From Candidatus Omnitrophota bacterium (GTDB lineage Bacteria > Omnitrophota > Gorgyraeia > Gygaellales > Profunditerraquicolaceae), in assembly GCA_041662125.1 (NCBI GenBank), contig JBAZTA010000003.1, positions 135,992-199,991 on the forward strand: a DNA stretch of 64,000 nt. Reading direction: 5' to 3'. Shown here one piece after another: positions 19,313 to 28,563 of this stretch. The stretch's first letter is position 1. Every line of letters begins with the position of its first letter. Position numbers and translations under genes: made by a program. The notes under the pieces were generated by a model that worked only from the letters and a program-made list of their open reading frames with translations, was not told the DNA's origin and searched no databases.

Positions 19313-19600
19313 TTAAAGCAGTTGGTTTGAGATTTGGCGTAAGCTTAGGAATGCGGAATTAAAGACCCGCATTAAATACCAGCTTATACTTAAAACCACA
19401 AGAGTGATAATTATTTTAGAACGCAGGCGAAATACCGGACTAAACCATAGCAAAGGTAATGCAAAAGGCCCTGCGCATAAAAGCGCGGTAATTGTTGTTG
19501 ATTTTTTCCAATACCAGGGGAGTTGTTTTTGTTCATCGAGCGTTTTTCCGCAGGATTGGCACTGGATGTGAGTTTGGTTTCCGCAATAAGGGCAAAGCAT
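19313..19600 (-). CDS. zinc-ribbon domain membrane protein, hypothetical
   Basis: 95 aa. N-terminal 'CPYCGNQTHIQCQSCGK' is a CxxC...CxxC motif. Two hydrophobic segments follow. Confidence 0.4.
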   Translation of the reverse strand: MLCPYCGNQTHIQCQSCGKTLDEQKQLPWYWKKSTTITALLCAGPFALPLLWFSPVFRLRSKIIITLVVLSISWYLMRVFNSAFLSLRQISNQLL

Positions 19601-19605
19601 ATGTA

Positions 19606-19977
19606 TTATCCTAATATTTCCGTGATTGTATCGAGTAATTCTTTGAAAGTAGACGGCTTAGGAAGAAATCCGCAGGCTCCTAATTCGTTGTTTCGCCGAT
19701 TGATGCTTTGCGGGTCTAAATCTTTCCCGGTTAAAAATACAACAGGGATCTCTTTAGTCTTGATGTTCTTCTTAAGTTCTTGACACGTTTCATAGCCGTC
19801 CATAATCGGCATGGCAACATCAAGCAAGATGAGGTCGGGTTGTTCGTTTACTGCCACGCGCAGTGCTTCTTTTCCATCTCCGGCGCTGGAAACCGCGTAG
19901 TTGTTTTTAAGCAGTTTTTCAACCATCAGTTCCCGGAGTTCTTTTTCGTCGTCAACGACAAGGATCTTTTTCATCAC
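19606..19977 (-). CDS. single-domain response regulator (CheY-like receiver)
   Basis: 123 aa. 'KILVVDDEKELREL...DLILLDVAMPIMDGYE' contains the phospho-acceptor Asp pocket. Confidence 0.8.
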   Translation of the reverse strand: MMKKILVVDDEKELRELMVEKLLKNNYAVSSAGDGKEALRVAVNEQPDLILLDVAMPIMDGYETCQELKKNIKTKEIPVVFLTGKDLDPQSINRRNNELGACGFLPKPSTFKELLDTITEILG

Positions 19978-19986
19978 TTCCTCCCG

Positions 19987-20388
19987 CTACTGCAATATTC
20001 TTTTGCCGAAAAGGATACAGCCGACAGCAAAAGCATTGATACAGGTCAATAAAACCACTGCCGCAGAAATATCCTTCAGCAATTTTATCAGTGTGTAATA
20101 TTTTCGCGTGAACATATCAATCATCATTTCGATCGCCGTATTTATGATTTCAGCGATAAAAACCAGAGTGATCGTAATACAGAGGGCAGCTAATTCAATC
20201 CCTTTTAATTTATAATGAAAACCTGCGGCTATAGCGGCAAAGCCCATAAAAAAGATAATGCGCATATTCCGGTGGTAGATGAAAAGATACCCTATTCCCT
20301 GGACTGCTAAGAGTAAACTCTCCCTAAAACCGTGAAAACGGAAAATGTGCCGGAAAAGTTTTCGCCTTTTTAAACGATGAACATTCAT
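19987..20388 (-). CDS. dgkA: diacylglycerol kinase / undecaprenol kinase family (DAGK_prokar)
   Basis: 133 aa, three TM helices. 'IAEIINTAIE' resembles the DgkA catalytic motif. Confidence 0.7.
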   Translation of the reverse strand: MNVHRLKRRKLFRHIFRFHGFRESLLLAVQGIGYLFIYHRNMRIIFFMGFAAIAAGFHYKLKGIELAALCITITLVFIAEIINTAIEMMIDMFTRKYYTLIKLLKDISAAVVLLTCINAFAVGCILFGKRILQ

Positions 20389-20397
20389 GCTTTTGTG

Positions 20398-20697
20398 TTA
20401 TCCTCGGAAAATAATATAAATCATTAATACTATAACGATCAGTGATAATATATAGAAATCATTAAAATAAAAGAAGTCAACAACCTTATCTTTTATCGAA
20501 AATTGATGCACCTGTGTGCTTTTGGGAGAATGCATTTTTTTTCGGAAGTCTTCAACTTGTTCCCGTTTAAAACGTAAATAGACCCCTGCGATCTTGTAGG
20601 CAGGGATGGTCCCTTCATCGGCGAGATCCAAGACTTCCCTTTCAGTAACACCTAATAATAAAGCGACATCTCTGACGGTAAGTAATTTTTCAGTCAT
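20398..20697 (-). CDS. HTH_17 (excisionase/MerR-like) DNA-binding domain protein with C-terminal TM helix
   Basis: 99 aa. 'LLTVRDVALLLGVTEREVLDLADEGTIPAYKIAG.YLRFKREQVEDF' is a helix-turn-helix. The C-terminus 'YILSLIVIVLMIYIIF' is hydrophobic. Confidence 0.5.
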   Translation of the reverse strand: MTEKLLTVRDVALLLGVTEREVLDLADEGTIPAYKIAGVYLRFKREQVEDFRKKMHSPKSTQVHQFSIKDKVVDFFYFNDFYILSLIVIVLMIYIIFRG

Positions 20698-20728
20698 ATA
20701 CTCCTGTTATCGATTCTGCTTAAAAAAT

Positions 20729-21244
20729 TTAACTGCCTACTTTGCCTAGCGCGACCCAGGAATCAATTGCTTTGCGTTCGAATTTCCAATTGGTCCCTTC
20801 TTTTAAAGCGGGGATTTTTCCTGAATTTGCCCATTCCTGAATAGACCCGAGATCTACTTCCAAATAGCGCGCCAATTCTTCTGTGTTTAAGAAATCGTGC
20901 AGCATGAAACACTTACCTTCAAATATCGCGCCTTCTGCAATGATCAATTTAGCGGGATAAATATCCCCTTCAATGATCGATGTTGATAAGAGCGTTAAGC
21001 ATTCAGTGGCTATGATCTTTCCTTTAATCCTTCCATTAACGGAAATATTTTCTCCCCGTATATCCGCAAAAACGATCGCGGTCGGGCCAATTGTCAGGTT
21101 CCCTTTTGTCTCTAGATTACCTTCAAACCTGCCGTTAATACTTAAGTTTACCGGGTCTTTGAAAGTAAGTGTCCCTTGCATAGATGCATCAACATTTAAA
21201 CTTTTCTCTTCAAGCTTTTTTTTGTTAAAAGCCATACGTATCAC
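20729..21244 (-). CDS. bactofilin-domain protein fused to a C-terminal HTH_17 domain
   Basis: 171 aa. Repetitive beta-helix-like segments 'INGRFEGNLETKGNLTIGPTAIVFADIRGENISVNGRIKGKI' match bactofilin/CcmA. The C-terminus 'LNTEELARYLEVDLGSIQEWANSGKIPALKEGTNWKFERKAIDSWV' is an HTH. Confidence 0.65.
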   Translation of the reverse strand: MIRMAFNKKKLEEKSLNVDASMQGTLTFKDPVNLSINGRFEGNLETKGNLTIGPTAIVFADIRGENISVNGRIKGKIIATECLTLLSTSIIEGDIYPAKLIIAEGAIFEGKCFMLHDFLNTEELARYLEVDLGSIQEWANSGKIPALKEGTNWKFERKAIDSWVALGKVGS

Positions 21245-21310
21245 CTCCTTTAAAAATAACCTGATGGTTATTTATTGTTTTGGGAAAACTGCGGTAATAG
21301 ACGCTTTTGA

Positions 21311-21772
21311 TCAATTTTCGCTTTTCTTTGTTTCTTCTTTCCCAATGATCATGCCGTCTACACGGCGTAATACCAATAAGACTATTAACGCAAGGAACGC
21401 TGACATGACTCCCGCGCTGTAAAAACCGCATCCGACTGCTAAACCGATGCCGGCGACAACCCAAAGGCTGGCAGCGGTGGTTAATCCTCGTATTCCTTCT
21501 TTGTCTCGTATAATGGCGCCTGCTCCCAGGAACCCGATGCCTGTTATGATACCAGCTGCTATACGGCTGGGGTCAACCGGGGCTATATCCTTATATATAT
21601 CAAAAACGAACAGTGATGTCAACATGATAAGACAGGAACCTAAGCTTACCATGATATGGGTCCGTAATCCCGCGGAACGCCGGTGAAACTGACGTTCCAA
21701 GCCGATACAACCACTTAACAAAATTGATAACGTTAATCGTATGAATACATCACCGTCAGTTAACATCATCAC
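21311..21772 (-). CDS. MgtC/SapB family membrane protein
   Basis: 153 aa. 'GLERQ...GLRTHIMV' is the MgtC N-domain signature. Confidence 0.7.
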   Translation of the reverse strand: MMMLTDGDVFIRLTLSILLSGCIGLERQFHRRSAGLRTHIMVSLGSCLIMLTSLFVFDIYKDIAPVDPSRIAAGIITGIGFLGAGAIIRDKEGIRGLTTAASLWVVAGIGLAVGCGFYSAGVMSAFLALIVLLVLRRVDGMIIGKEETKKSEN

Positions 21773-22731
21773 CTCCCTTTTTTGAATACCTGAAAGCCTA
21801 GTCCGGCAACCATTGCTGCGTTATCAGTACACAGTCTTTGCGCTGGGAAAAAACATTTTAAATTATTTTCTTCGGCAGCGCGGAAGAATTTTTCCCGGAG
21901 GCGGTTGTTAGCAGCTACCCCACCTGCTACGATAAAATTCCTGATTTTTTTTATTTTACATGCCAAAAGTGTTTTTTCAATAAGCGTATTGATGGCTGTT
22001 TCCTGGAATGAAGCGCAAATATCGGCCCTGAGTGCGGGTTGCAACGCTTGCAATCGGCTGTTTTTCTGCAGGAAGTATAGCACCGCTGTTTTTATACCGC
22101 TGAAGCTGAAATCAAACTCATTTTTAGTCTTCGAACATCCGAATTTTACGCTGTGGGGATTTCCTTTTTTACTCATCTGTTCGATCACCGGCCCTCCGGG
22201 ATAGCCTAACCCAAGGATTTTTGCTACTTTATCAAATGCTTCCCCGCAGGCATCGTCATGGGTTGATCCAAGAAGTGTTATAGTATTAAAATCTTTAAGA
22301 TAAAAAAGGCTGGTATGCCCTCCAGAAACTACTAACGCGATTAACGGGAACCGCGGGATCCTTTCTTCAAGGAAAGCAGCGTAAATATGGCTATAGAGAT
22401 GGTTCACTTTTACCATGGGTGTGCCTAAACCAAAACTGATTGCTTGGGCAAATGACATGCCGGTCAGAAGCGAGCCAATAAGCCCGGGGTTTTCTGTTAC
22501 ACTGATAAGGCCTATTCCTTTGGTGGTGATCCCTGCTTCTTCAACCGCGCAATTAACTACTCCTGTTATTGCTTCTAACTGCATGCGAAAAGCTATTTCA
22601 GGAATGATCCCGCCGTATTTTTTATGGAATTGCTCGCTGGAACTGATGACATTTGAAATGACTTTCCTGCCGTCTTTTACAATAGAAGCGGAAGTCTCGT
22701 CGCACGAAGTTTCGATGCCTAATACATTCAT
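21769..22731 (-). CDS. tsaD: tRNA N6-adenosine threonylcarbamoyltransferase
   Basis: 320 aa. 'MNVLGIETSCDETSASIV' is the Kae1/TsaD N-terminus. The 'VSGGHT' motif is present. Confidence 0.9.
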   Translation of the reverse strand: MNVLGIETSCDETSASIVKDGRKVISNVISSSEQFHKKYGGIIPEIAFRMQLEAITGVVNCAVEEAGITTKGIGLISVTENPGLIGSLLTGMSFAQAISFGLGTPMVKVNHLYSHIYAAFLEERIPRFPLIALVVSGGHTSLFYLKDFNTITLLGSTHDDACGEAFDKVAKILGLGYPGGPVIEQMSKKGNPHSVKFGCSKTKNEFDFSFSGIKTAVLYFLQKNSRLQALQPALRADICASFQETAINTLIEKTLLACKIKKIRNFIVAGGVAANNRLREKFFRAAEENNLKCFFPAQRLCTDNAAMVAGLGFQVFKKGR

Positions 22732-22762
22732 TCTCGTATAAAAATTTTAATAGTGCTCTCGC

Positions 22763-23542
22763 TCAACGGACCAATTCAGAAACAAATACGAATTCATATC
22801 CGGCTTTTTGCAGTTCAGGCAGTATTTCTTTTAAGACCAGTAAGGTCGTTCTGCGGTCATGTCCAATTCCAATAGCCTGGCCATACTTATCAGCTTTCTT
22901 TTTAAGCTTGTAGAGCTGCTGTTTTATGTATTCTTTATTTTGTTCGTTATCAAGGAAAATGTCGCGTTTGGCAAACGGTATAGTTATTTTACGCGCCAAG
23001 GCAGCGCAGACAGATTGAGATGATACAAAGCTGTCAAGGAAATAGAGGTTTTTCTTTTTCAATTCTTTGAAAATAATCCCCATTGTCCGGCTGTCTTCAG
23101 TTGCGCGGGACCCCATATGGTTTGATACCCCTTTTACGTAGGTGAGGCTTTCTACATCCTGAGCAATAATATCCGCAATTGACTTTTCGTTTAAGTTTGT
23201 CAAGATAGTATTTTTTTCCAGTTTTAATTTATCATGCGACTCCATCGGCAGATGAAGTATGATTTCAAAGCCTGCTGAATGTAATGCTTCGCTCATGGAA
23301 CGGGAATAGGGGAGGTTTGGAAGAATTGAAGCCGTGAGGGGATAGGGTATCTGTGCTGCAATTTCCAGGTTGTTGGAATTATAACCCCAATCGTCAATTA
23401 CTATAGCGATCTTAGCAATCTGTTTTTCGGCGGGTTTGCGCGTAATTCCCGGCTGTGGTTTTTTACTGATGACGAACCATTGCGCAATGATAAAAAGGAG
23501 CAATATGCCAATAATGATTTTGTACGCTTTATTATTGTCCAT
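22763..23542 (-). CDS. divergent polysaccharide deacetylase family protein (YibQ-like)
   Basis: 259 aa. A signal/TM segment is followed by 'IAIVIDDWGYN' and 'ILHLPME', which are family motifs. Confidence 0.65.
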   Translation of the reverse strand: MDNNKAYKIIIGILLLFIIAQWFVISKKPQPGITRKPAEKQIAKIAIVIDDWGYNSNNLEIAAQIPYPLTASILPNLPYSRSMSEALHSAGFEIILHLPMESHDKLKLEKNTILTNLNEKSIADIIAQDVESLTYVKGVSNHMGSRATEDSRTMGIIFKELKKKNLYFLDSFVSSQSVCAALARKITIPFAKRDIFLDNEQNKEYIKQQLYKLKKKADKYGQAIGIGHDRRTTLLVLKEILPELQKAGYEFVFVSELVR

Positions 23543-23552
23543 GGGAAACCTG

Positions 23553-24896
23553 TTACCTGCTTATTTGTTTTGAAGTTTCTTTTTCGTCAATACTTTTGTA
23601 GATCTTAATGGCTTTGAGTATATCGATAGCGTTAATTAACTGGTTATCTGATTTATAGTCAAAGGCTTTTTCATTCTTTTCAGGCTTTTCCTGCTTTTCT
23701 TTCTTGCTTTGATCATTTTGGCCTTTATTTTCTATATCGTCGAAAACTTCGTTTTTGTTCTCTTTACCTTTGTCTTCATTTTTAGGCGTAACCTGTAATT
23801 TTGCTTCTTGAATAATAATATCCGGCATAACTCCTTTTCCATGGATAACCCTGTTTGCTGGAGTAAAATATTTGCTGGTAGTAAGGCGCAGCGCCGAACC
23901 ATCACTTAACGGAAGGACTGTCTGGACTGATCCTTTTCCAAACGATTTCGTTCCCACGATGATGGCCCTTTTATAATCCTGCAAAGCGCCAGCAACGATC
24001 TCGCTGCCTGAAGCAGAACCTTCATTTATCATGACTACCATGGGAATGTCCAGGTATGGATGCGATGTGTTTGCGTAAAACTCGAGATTCTGAGAGGTTT
24101 TCCTCCCCTTTGTTGAGACGACGATCTTTCCTTTTTCAATGAACTCAGCAGTGACTTTGACCGCGGAATCTAAAAGGCCTCCGGGGTTATTCCGCAAATC
24201 TAAAATTAAGGCGTTTAATCCAAGTTTTTTTAGATCGTTTAATCTCGTATTTAAGTCTTCCGGAGTATTTTCCCGAAACTCGATTAAGCGGATGTAACCG
24301 ATGCCGTCTTCAAGTATGCGCGATTCTTTTATGTCTTTTATTTTGATGATATCACGCACAATTTTAAGCTCTAATATCTTTTTTTCACTTTCACGCAATA
24401 CGGTTATCGTTACTGCTTCTCCCGGTTTTCCCCGAAGTTTTTTTACCGCCTCAGTTAGCGTCATGTCACGGGTAATTTCATCATTGATCTTGACGATCTT
24501 GTCTCCTGCTTTGATGCCGGCATTCCAGGCGGGGGTATCTTCAATGGGAGTAACGATCGTTAAAAGACCGTCTTTGATTGTAATTTCGATCCCCAGCCCC
24601 CCAAATCTGCCTTCGGTATCAATTTTAAGTTCAGTGTAGGTTTCCGGGTCCATAAACTGGCTATGCGGATCTAAAGAAGAAAGCATTCCTTTGAGCGCCC
24701 CGTAAATGAGGTCTTTGGCATTGATCTCATCGACATAATCCGTCTGAATGATAGCCAAGGTATCTGAAAATAATTGTACTTTCTTAAAAAGTTCATCTTG
24801 TTTCTTTTTGTCGATCTCTGAAGTGGCAATGGATCTAAAGACAAAAACCCCGATAGCGACAAGTATGATTAACACTAAGTTGAATCTTTTACGCAT
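23553..24896 (-). CDS. ctpA: carboxyl-terminal processing protease (S41 family)
   Basis: 447 aa. A TM anchor, PDZ domain, and the S41 catalytic region 'NEGSASGSEIVAGALQD...GKGSVQT' are present. Confidence 0.85.
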   Translation of the reverse strand: MRKRFNLVLIILVAIGVFVFRSIATSEIDKKKQDELFKKVQLFSDTLAIIQTDYVDEINAKDLIYGALKGMLSSLDPHSQFMDPETYTELKIDTEGRFGGLGIEITIKDGLLTIVTPIEDTPAWNAGIKAGDKIVKINDEITRDMTLTEAVKKLRGKPGEAVTITVLRESEKKILELKIVRDIIKIKDIKESRILEDGIGYIRLIEFRENTPEDLNTRLNDLKKLGLNALILDLRNNPGGLLDSAVKVTAEFIEKGKIVVSTKGRKTSQNLEFYANTSHPYLDIPMVVMINEGSASGSEIVAGALQDYKRAIIVGTKSFGKGSVQTVLPLSDGSALRLTTSKYFTPANRVIHGKGVMPDIIIQEAKLQVTPKNEDKGKENKNEVFDDIENKGQNDQSKKEKQEKPEKNEKAFDYKSDNQLINAIDILKAIKIYKSIDEKETSKQISR

Positions 24897-26322
24897 CCGA
24901 CAACCTCCTCTTTAATAATTCTCCAACGACTTTCGGATTTGCCCGTGAACCGGTTTTTTTCATCACTTGGCCGACTAAGAACATACAAGCGTTTTCCTTT
25001 CCGGCTTTATAATCCTGTACTGATTTCTGGTTCGCATTAAGAATTTCTTCAATGATCCCTTGTAAACTTTCCGTGTCTGAAATTTGAATTAAATCTTTTT
25101 CTTTAATAATAAGCGATGCCGTTTTTTTTGACTTGACCATTTCGCTTAAAACCGATTTAGCGGTCAGATGGGATATTTGCTGTTTTTCAACAAAACTGAT
25201 GAGTTCGATTAAATGCGCCGGGCTTACTCCCGTTTCACAAATCCCGCAATTGAGGCTGTGAGCTTCACTTAATAACGGCCCTATTAACCAGTTGGCAATC
25301 GGTTTTTTATCAGCAGGAGCGTAGCTCATAAGGCAGTTTTCAGCGTAATCAGCATCTTTTCGATCTAAAACTAAAATTCCGGCATCATATTCTGTTAAAC
25401 CGTACTCGCGTATCAAGCGCAGCGCCTTCTCTTTGGGGAGTTCAGGGATGGTTGTCCGTATTTTGTCTATTTTTTCTTTCGTTATAAGAAAAGGCGTTAG
25501 ATCAGGTTCAGGAAAATAGCGATAATCTTTGGCTTCTTCTTTGGAACGCATAGAAACCGTTTTTAATTCTTTAGCGTCCCAGAGGCGCGTTTCTTGAATG
25601 ATTTTTTCTCCCCTCCCTAAAATTTCGGCTTGTCGTTTGATTTCGAAAGTTAATGAGTCTTTAACGGCTTTAAAAGAGTTCAGGTTTTTAAGTTCCGCCT
25701 TAGTCCCCAGCCGTTGCTCGCCAATTTGACGTAAAGAAATGTTAGCGTCGCAGCGCAGCGAGCCTTTTTCCATATCGCAATCTGATACATCAAGATACTG
25801 AATAATACTTTTGAGAATAGTCAAATAATCATACGCTTCTTGGGGTGAATGCAAATCAGGCTCACTGACGATTTCCAACAACGGCATCCCGGTGCGATTA
25901 AAATCAACCAGGCTCAACTCGTCTTTATGCATAAGCTTGCCTGCATCCTCTTCCATGTGGACCCGAAGGATATTAATGCGTTTGGAGGCAGCGTTTGTAT
26001 TGATCTCAATAAAGCCATGTAATGCCAGCGGTAAATCGTATTGAGAGATCTGATAATTTTTCGGCAGGTCGGGATAAAAATAGTTCTTTCGGTCGAATTT
26101 CGTAAATTCTTGAATGGTGCAATTTAACGCTAACCCGACTTTAATCGCAGAATCCAGGAATTTACTATTTAAAACAGGCAGTGTTCCAGGAAAACCTAAA
26201 CATACGGGGCAAACCTGGGAATTTGCTTGGTTGCCAAATTGAGTTGAACAGCCGCAAAAAGCTTTGGTAGCTGTTTTAACATGCACATGTACTTCAAGCC
26301 CTATAACAGATTCATACTCCAT
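24889..26322 (-). CDS. gatB: Asp-tRNA(Asn)/Glu-tRNA(Gln) amidotransferase subunit B
   Basis: 477 aa. 'YESVIGLEVHVHVKT' is the GatB N-terminus. Confidence 0.9.
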   Translation of the reverse strand: MEYESVIGLEVHVHVKTATKAFCGCSTQFGNQANSQVCPVCLGFPGTLPVLNSKFLDSAIKVGLALNCTIQEFTKFDRKNYFYPDLPKNYQISQYDLPLALHGFIEINTNAASKRINILRVHMEEDAGKLMHKDELSLVDFNRTGMPLLEIVSEPDLHSPQEAYDYLTILKSIIQYLDVSDCDMEKGSLRCDANISLRQIGEQRLGTKAELKNLNSFKAVKDSLTFEIKRQAEILGRGEKIIQETRLWDAKELKTVSMRSKEEAKDYRYFPEPDLTPFLITKEKIDKIRTTIPELPKEKALRLIREYGLTEYDAGILVLDRKDADYAENCLMSYAPADKKPIANWLIGPLLSEAHSLNCGICETGVSPAHLIELISFVEKQQISHLTAKSVLSEMVKSKKTASLIIKEKDLIQISDTESLQGIIEEILNANQKSVQDYKAGKENACMFLVGQVMKKTGSRANPKVVGELLKRRLSDA

Positions 26323-26328
26323 ACATAC

Positions 26329-27777
26329 TTATAGCTTTGGCTTTTTAAGGTGCCACGGGGTATTTTGTTCAAACGTATAGGCGACCTTAAAAAGCATTTC
26401 TTCGTTAAATGTCTGAGCGAGGATCTGTAATCCGACGGGCAGCCCCTTTTTCGTAAAACCGCATGGTATCGATATCGCCGGGATTCCCGCTAAGTTTGGA
26501 GAGATCGTAAAAATATCGGAAAGATACATTTGTAAGGGGTTTTTTGACTTTTCGCCGATACCAAACGCAGGGGTCGGTGTTGTCGGAGTGATAATACAGT
26601 CAAAATCTTTAAATACGGCGTCAAAATCCTCTTTGATACGGGTGCGGACTTTGAGCGCGCGTAAATAATATGCGTCATAATACCCGTGAGACAGCGCAAA
26701 CGTGCCCAGTAAAATTCTTCGTTTTGCTTCTTCTCCAAACCCTTCCCCGCGCGTCTTTTTGTACATATCCAGTAATGACTGGCGCGATTGACAACTGCGA
26801 AATCCATATTGAACGCCATCATAGCGAGCCAGATTTGAACTTGCTTCGGCAGTCGCGATAAGGTAATAAACAGGGACAGCATATTCCGTATGAGGCAGTG
26901 ATACCGGTTTGTGAATGGCCCCAAGGAGGGTAAGTTTTGCAATAGCTGCCTCTACAATTTCTTTAACTTCAGGGTCAATTCCTTCAATAAAATATTCTTG
27001 AGGGATACCGATTCTTATCCCTGTAACGTCATTAATGAGTGCCTGGGTGTAATCTGGCACTATTCGATTAACTGAAGTTGAATCTTTGCTGTCATAGCCG
27101 GAAATAACATTCATTACGAGCGCGCAATCTCTGACGTCTTTTGTTAACGGGCCTATTTGATCGAGGCTGGAAGCAAAGGCAATGAGCCCATAGCGCGAAA
27201 CACTTCCATACGTAGGTTTTAACCCGACAATCCCGCAAAAAGCTGCGGGTTGCCGGATTGACCCGCCGGTGTCAGAGCCTAACGCGAAGACCGCTTCGTC
27301 AGCCGCAACTGCGGCAGCAGACCCTCCTGAGGAGCCACCCGGAACACAATCCTGCTGCCAAGGGTTGTGGGTCGGGCCAAAACAAGAATTTTCAGTCGAA
27401 GAACCGAACGCGAATTCATCCATATTGGTTTTTGTCTTGATAATACTGGCGCCGGCATCTTTTAATTTTTGAATAACTGTTGCGTCATAAGGAGGTTTAA
27501 ACCCTCCTAAAATCCGAGAACAACATTCAGTGTTAATTCCTTCGGTACAAATATTGTCTTTGATTGAGGCAGGGATACCTTGTAAGCTTAATGCACTGTT
27601 GGCATTGTGCGTGTGTTCGCAGGTAAAATCATTGATATTTAACCTGACATAAGCATTGACTTTACTTTCAGTTAATTCAATTCTGTCTTTAAGCGATCGG
27701 ATAATCTGCTGCGAGGAAGTTTTTTCCTCATTGATTTTTGACAACAGTTCATGGCAGGTTAATTCGTATAGTTCCAT
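26329..27777 (-). CDS. gatA: Asp-tRNA(Asn)/Glu-tRNA(Gln) amidotransferase subunit A
   Basis: 482 aa. The amidase signature 'GGSSGGSAAAVAAD' is present. Confidence 0.9.
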   Translation of the reverse strand: MELYELTCHELLSKINEEKTSSQQIIRSLKDRIELTESKVNAYVRLNINDFTCEHTHNANSALSLQGIPASIKDNICTEGINTECCSRILGGFKPPYDATVIQKLKDAGASIIKTKTNMDEFAFGSSTENSCFGPTHNPWQQDCVPGGSSGGSAAAVAADEAVFALGSDTGGSIRQPAAFCGIVGLKPTYGSVSRYGLIAFASSLDQIGPLTKDVRDCALVMNVISGYDSKDSTSVNRIVPDYTQALINDVTGIRIGIPQEYFIEGIDPEVKEIVEAAIAKLTLLGAIHKPVSLPHTEYAVPVYYLIATAEASSNLARYDGVQYGFRSCQSRQSLLDMYKKTRGEGFGEEAKRRILLGTFALSHGYYDAYYLRALKVRTRIKEDFDAVFKDFDCIITPTTPTPAFGIGEKSKNPLQMYLSDIFTISPNLAGIPAISIPCGFTKKGLPVGLQILAQTFNEEMLFKVAYTFEQNTPWHLKKPKL

Positions 27778-27819
27778 AGGTTTTTATGTAAAAGCCGGGG
27801 TCTTTCCTTTTTTTCGCAA

Positions 27820-28107
27820 CTATTCAATGACCTTAGGTACGCCAAAAAAAGAACCTTTGCGTTCCGGAGCATTGCCTAATGCCTTTTCAATAGGCAAGGA
27901 TTCAACAAGGGTATCTTCTCTTAAGACGTTCTGCAGAGGTAAGATATGGCTTGTAGGGTTTATAGCATTAATATCAACTTCTCTTAACATATCAATAAAA
28001 GCAACGATATCCTGCAACTGGTTGGAAATAATTTCCAGTTCTTGCGCCTTGAGCTCAATACGAGCTAAATGAGCTACATATTTGACAGTATCTAAAGAAA
28101 ATGGCAT
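27820..28107 (-). CDS. gatC: Asp-tRNA(Asn)/Glu-tRNA(Gln) amidotransferase subunit C
   Basis: 95 aa. 'VKYVAHLARIEL' resembles GatC. Its position directly 5' of gatA on the minus strand supports the call. Confidence 0.8.
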   Translation of the reverse strand: MPFSLDTVKYVAHLARIELKAQELEIISNQLQDIVAFIDMLREVDINAINPTSHILPLQNVLREDTLVESLPIEKALGNAPERKGSFFGVPKVIE

Positions 28108-28260
28108 TGTTTTTAGTGTTTTATGATGGTTATCCCTTTATTGTAATGATAGTAGCATCAATTCTCGAAAAAGTCAATTAGCACGTAATCGTAAAGTTGC
28201 GTGGTGTGAGTAATTGCGTTCATACTAGAGGTGAGGCTGATTTTGATGGGAGCTTAATTA

Positions 28261-28551
28261 TTATTCTTTTTCTTCGTTCTGCTCTTCTTTTTTTTTCTTC
28301 TTCCTCTCTTCTCTGCTTTGAGTCCCTTTATCGTTTTTCTCAATTTTTACAATATATTCCCTTTGAATGAGCATCCTCCAGTATGTTTCTTTGTTAAAAA
28401 GGATAATAAAATCAGGCTGGTCACTTAATATAATGCCGTCGGCCGATGAATTATTACTTAAAAATACGGTGTCGGCAAAGCTGCTCTTACTAAAAATCAA
28501 CGAGCCAAACAGAAGTGCGAACAAAAATATTTTCTTGAATTTTAGGTGCAT
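28261..28551 (-). CDS. hypothetical small secreted protein with Lys/Glu-rich tail
   Basis: 96 aa. A signal peptide 'LFALLFGSLIFSKSSFA' is followed by a highly charged C-terminus (KKKKKEEQNEEKE). Confidence 0.3.
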   Translation of the reverse strand: MHLKFKKIFLFALLFGSLIFSKSSFADTVFLSNNSSADGIILSDQPDFIILFNKETYWRMLIQREYIVKIEKNDKGTQSREERKKKKKEEQNEEKE

Positions 28552-28563
28552 AAATCCTCCTTC

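Noticed and set aside
20398-21244. Excisionase-type HTH genes as markers of a prophage or integrative element
   Set aside because: No integrase, transposase, att-like flanking repeats or phage structural genes are nearby. The HTH domains are fused to bactofilin or a TM helix, and a third copy sits in the pilus operon. I interpret them as regulators instead.
26490-26942. 150-aa minus-strand ORF within gatA
   Set aside because: It is an alternative frame nested inside the well-supported gatA CDS.
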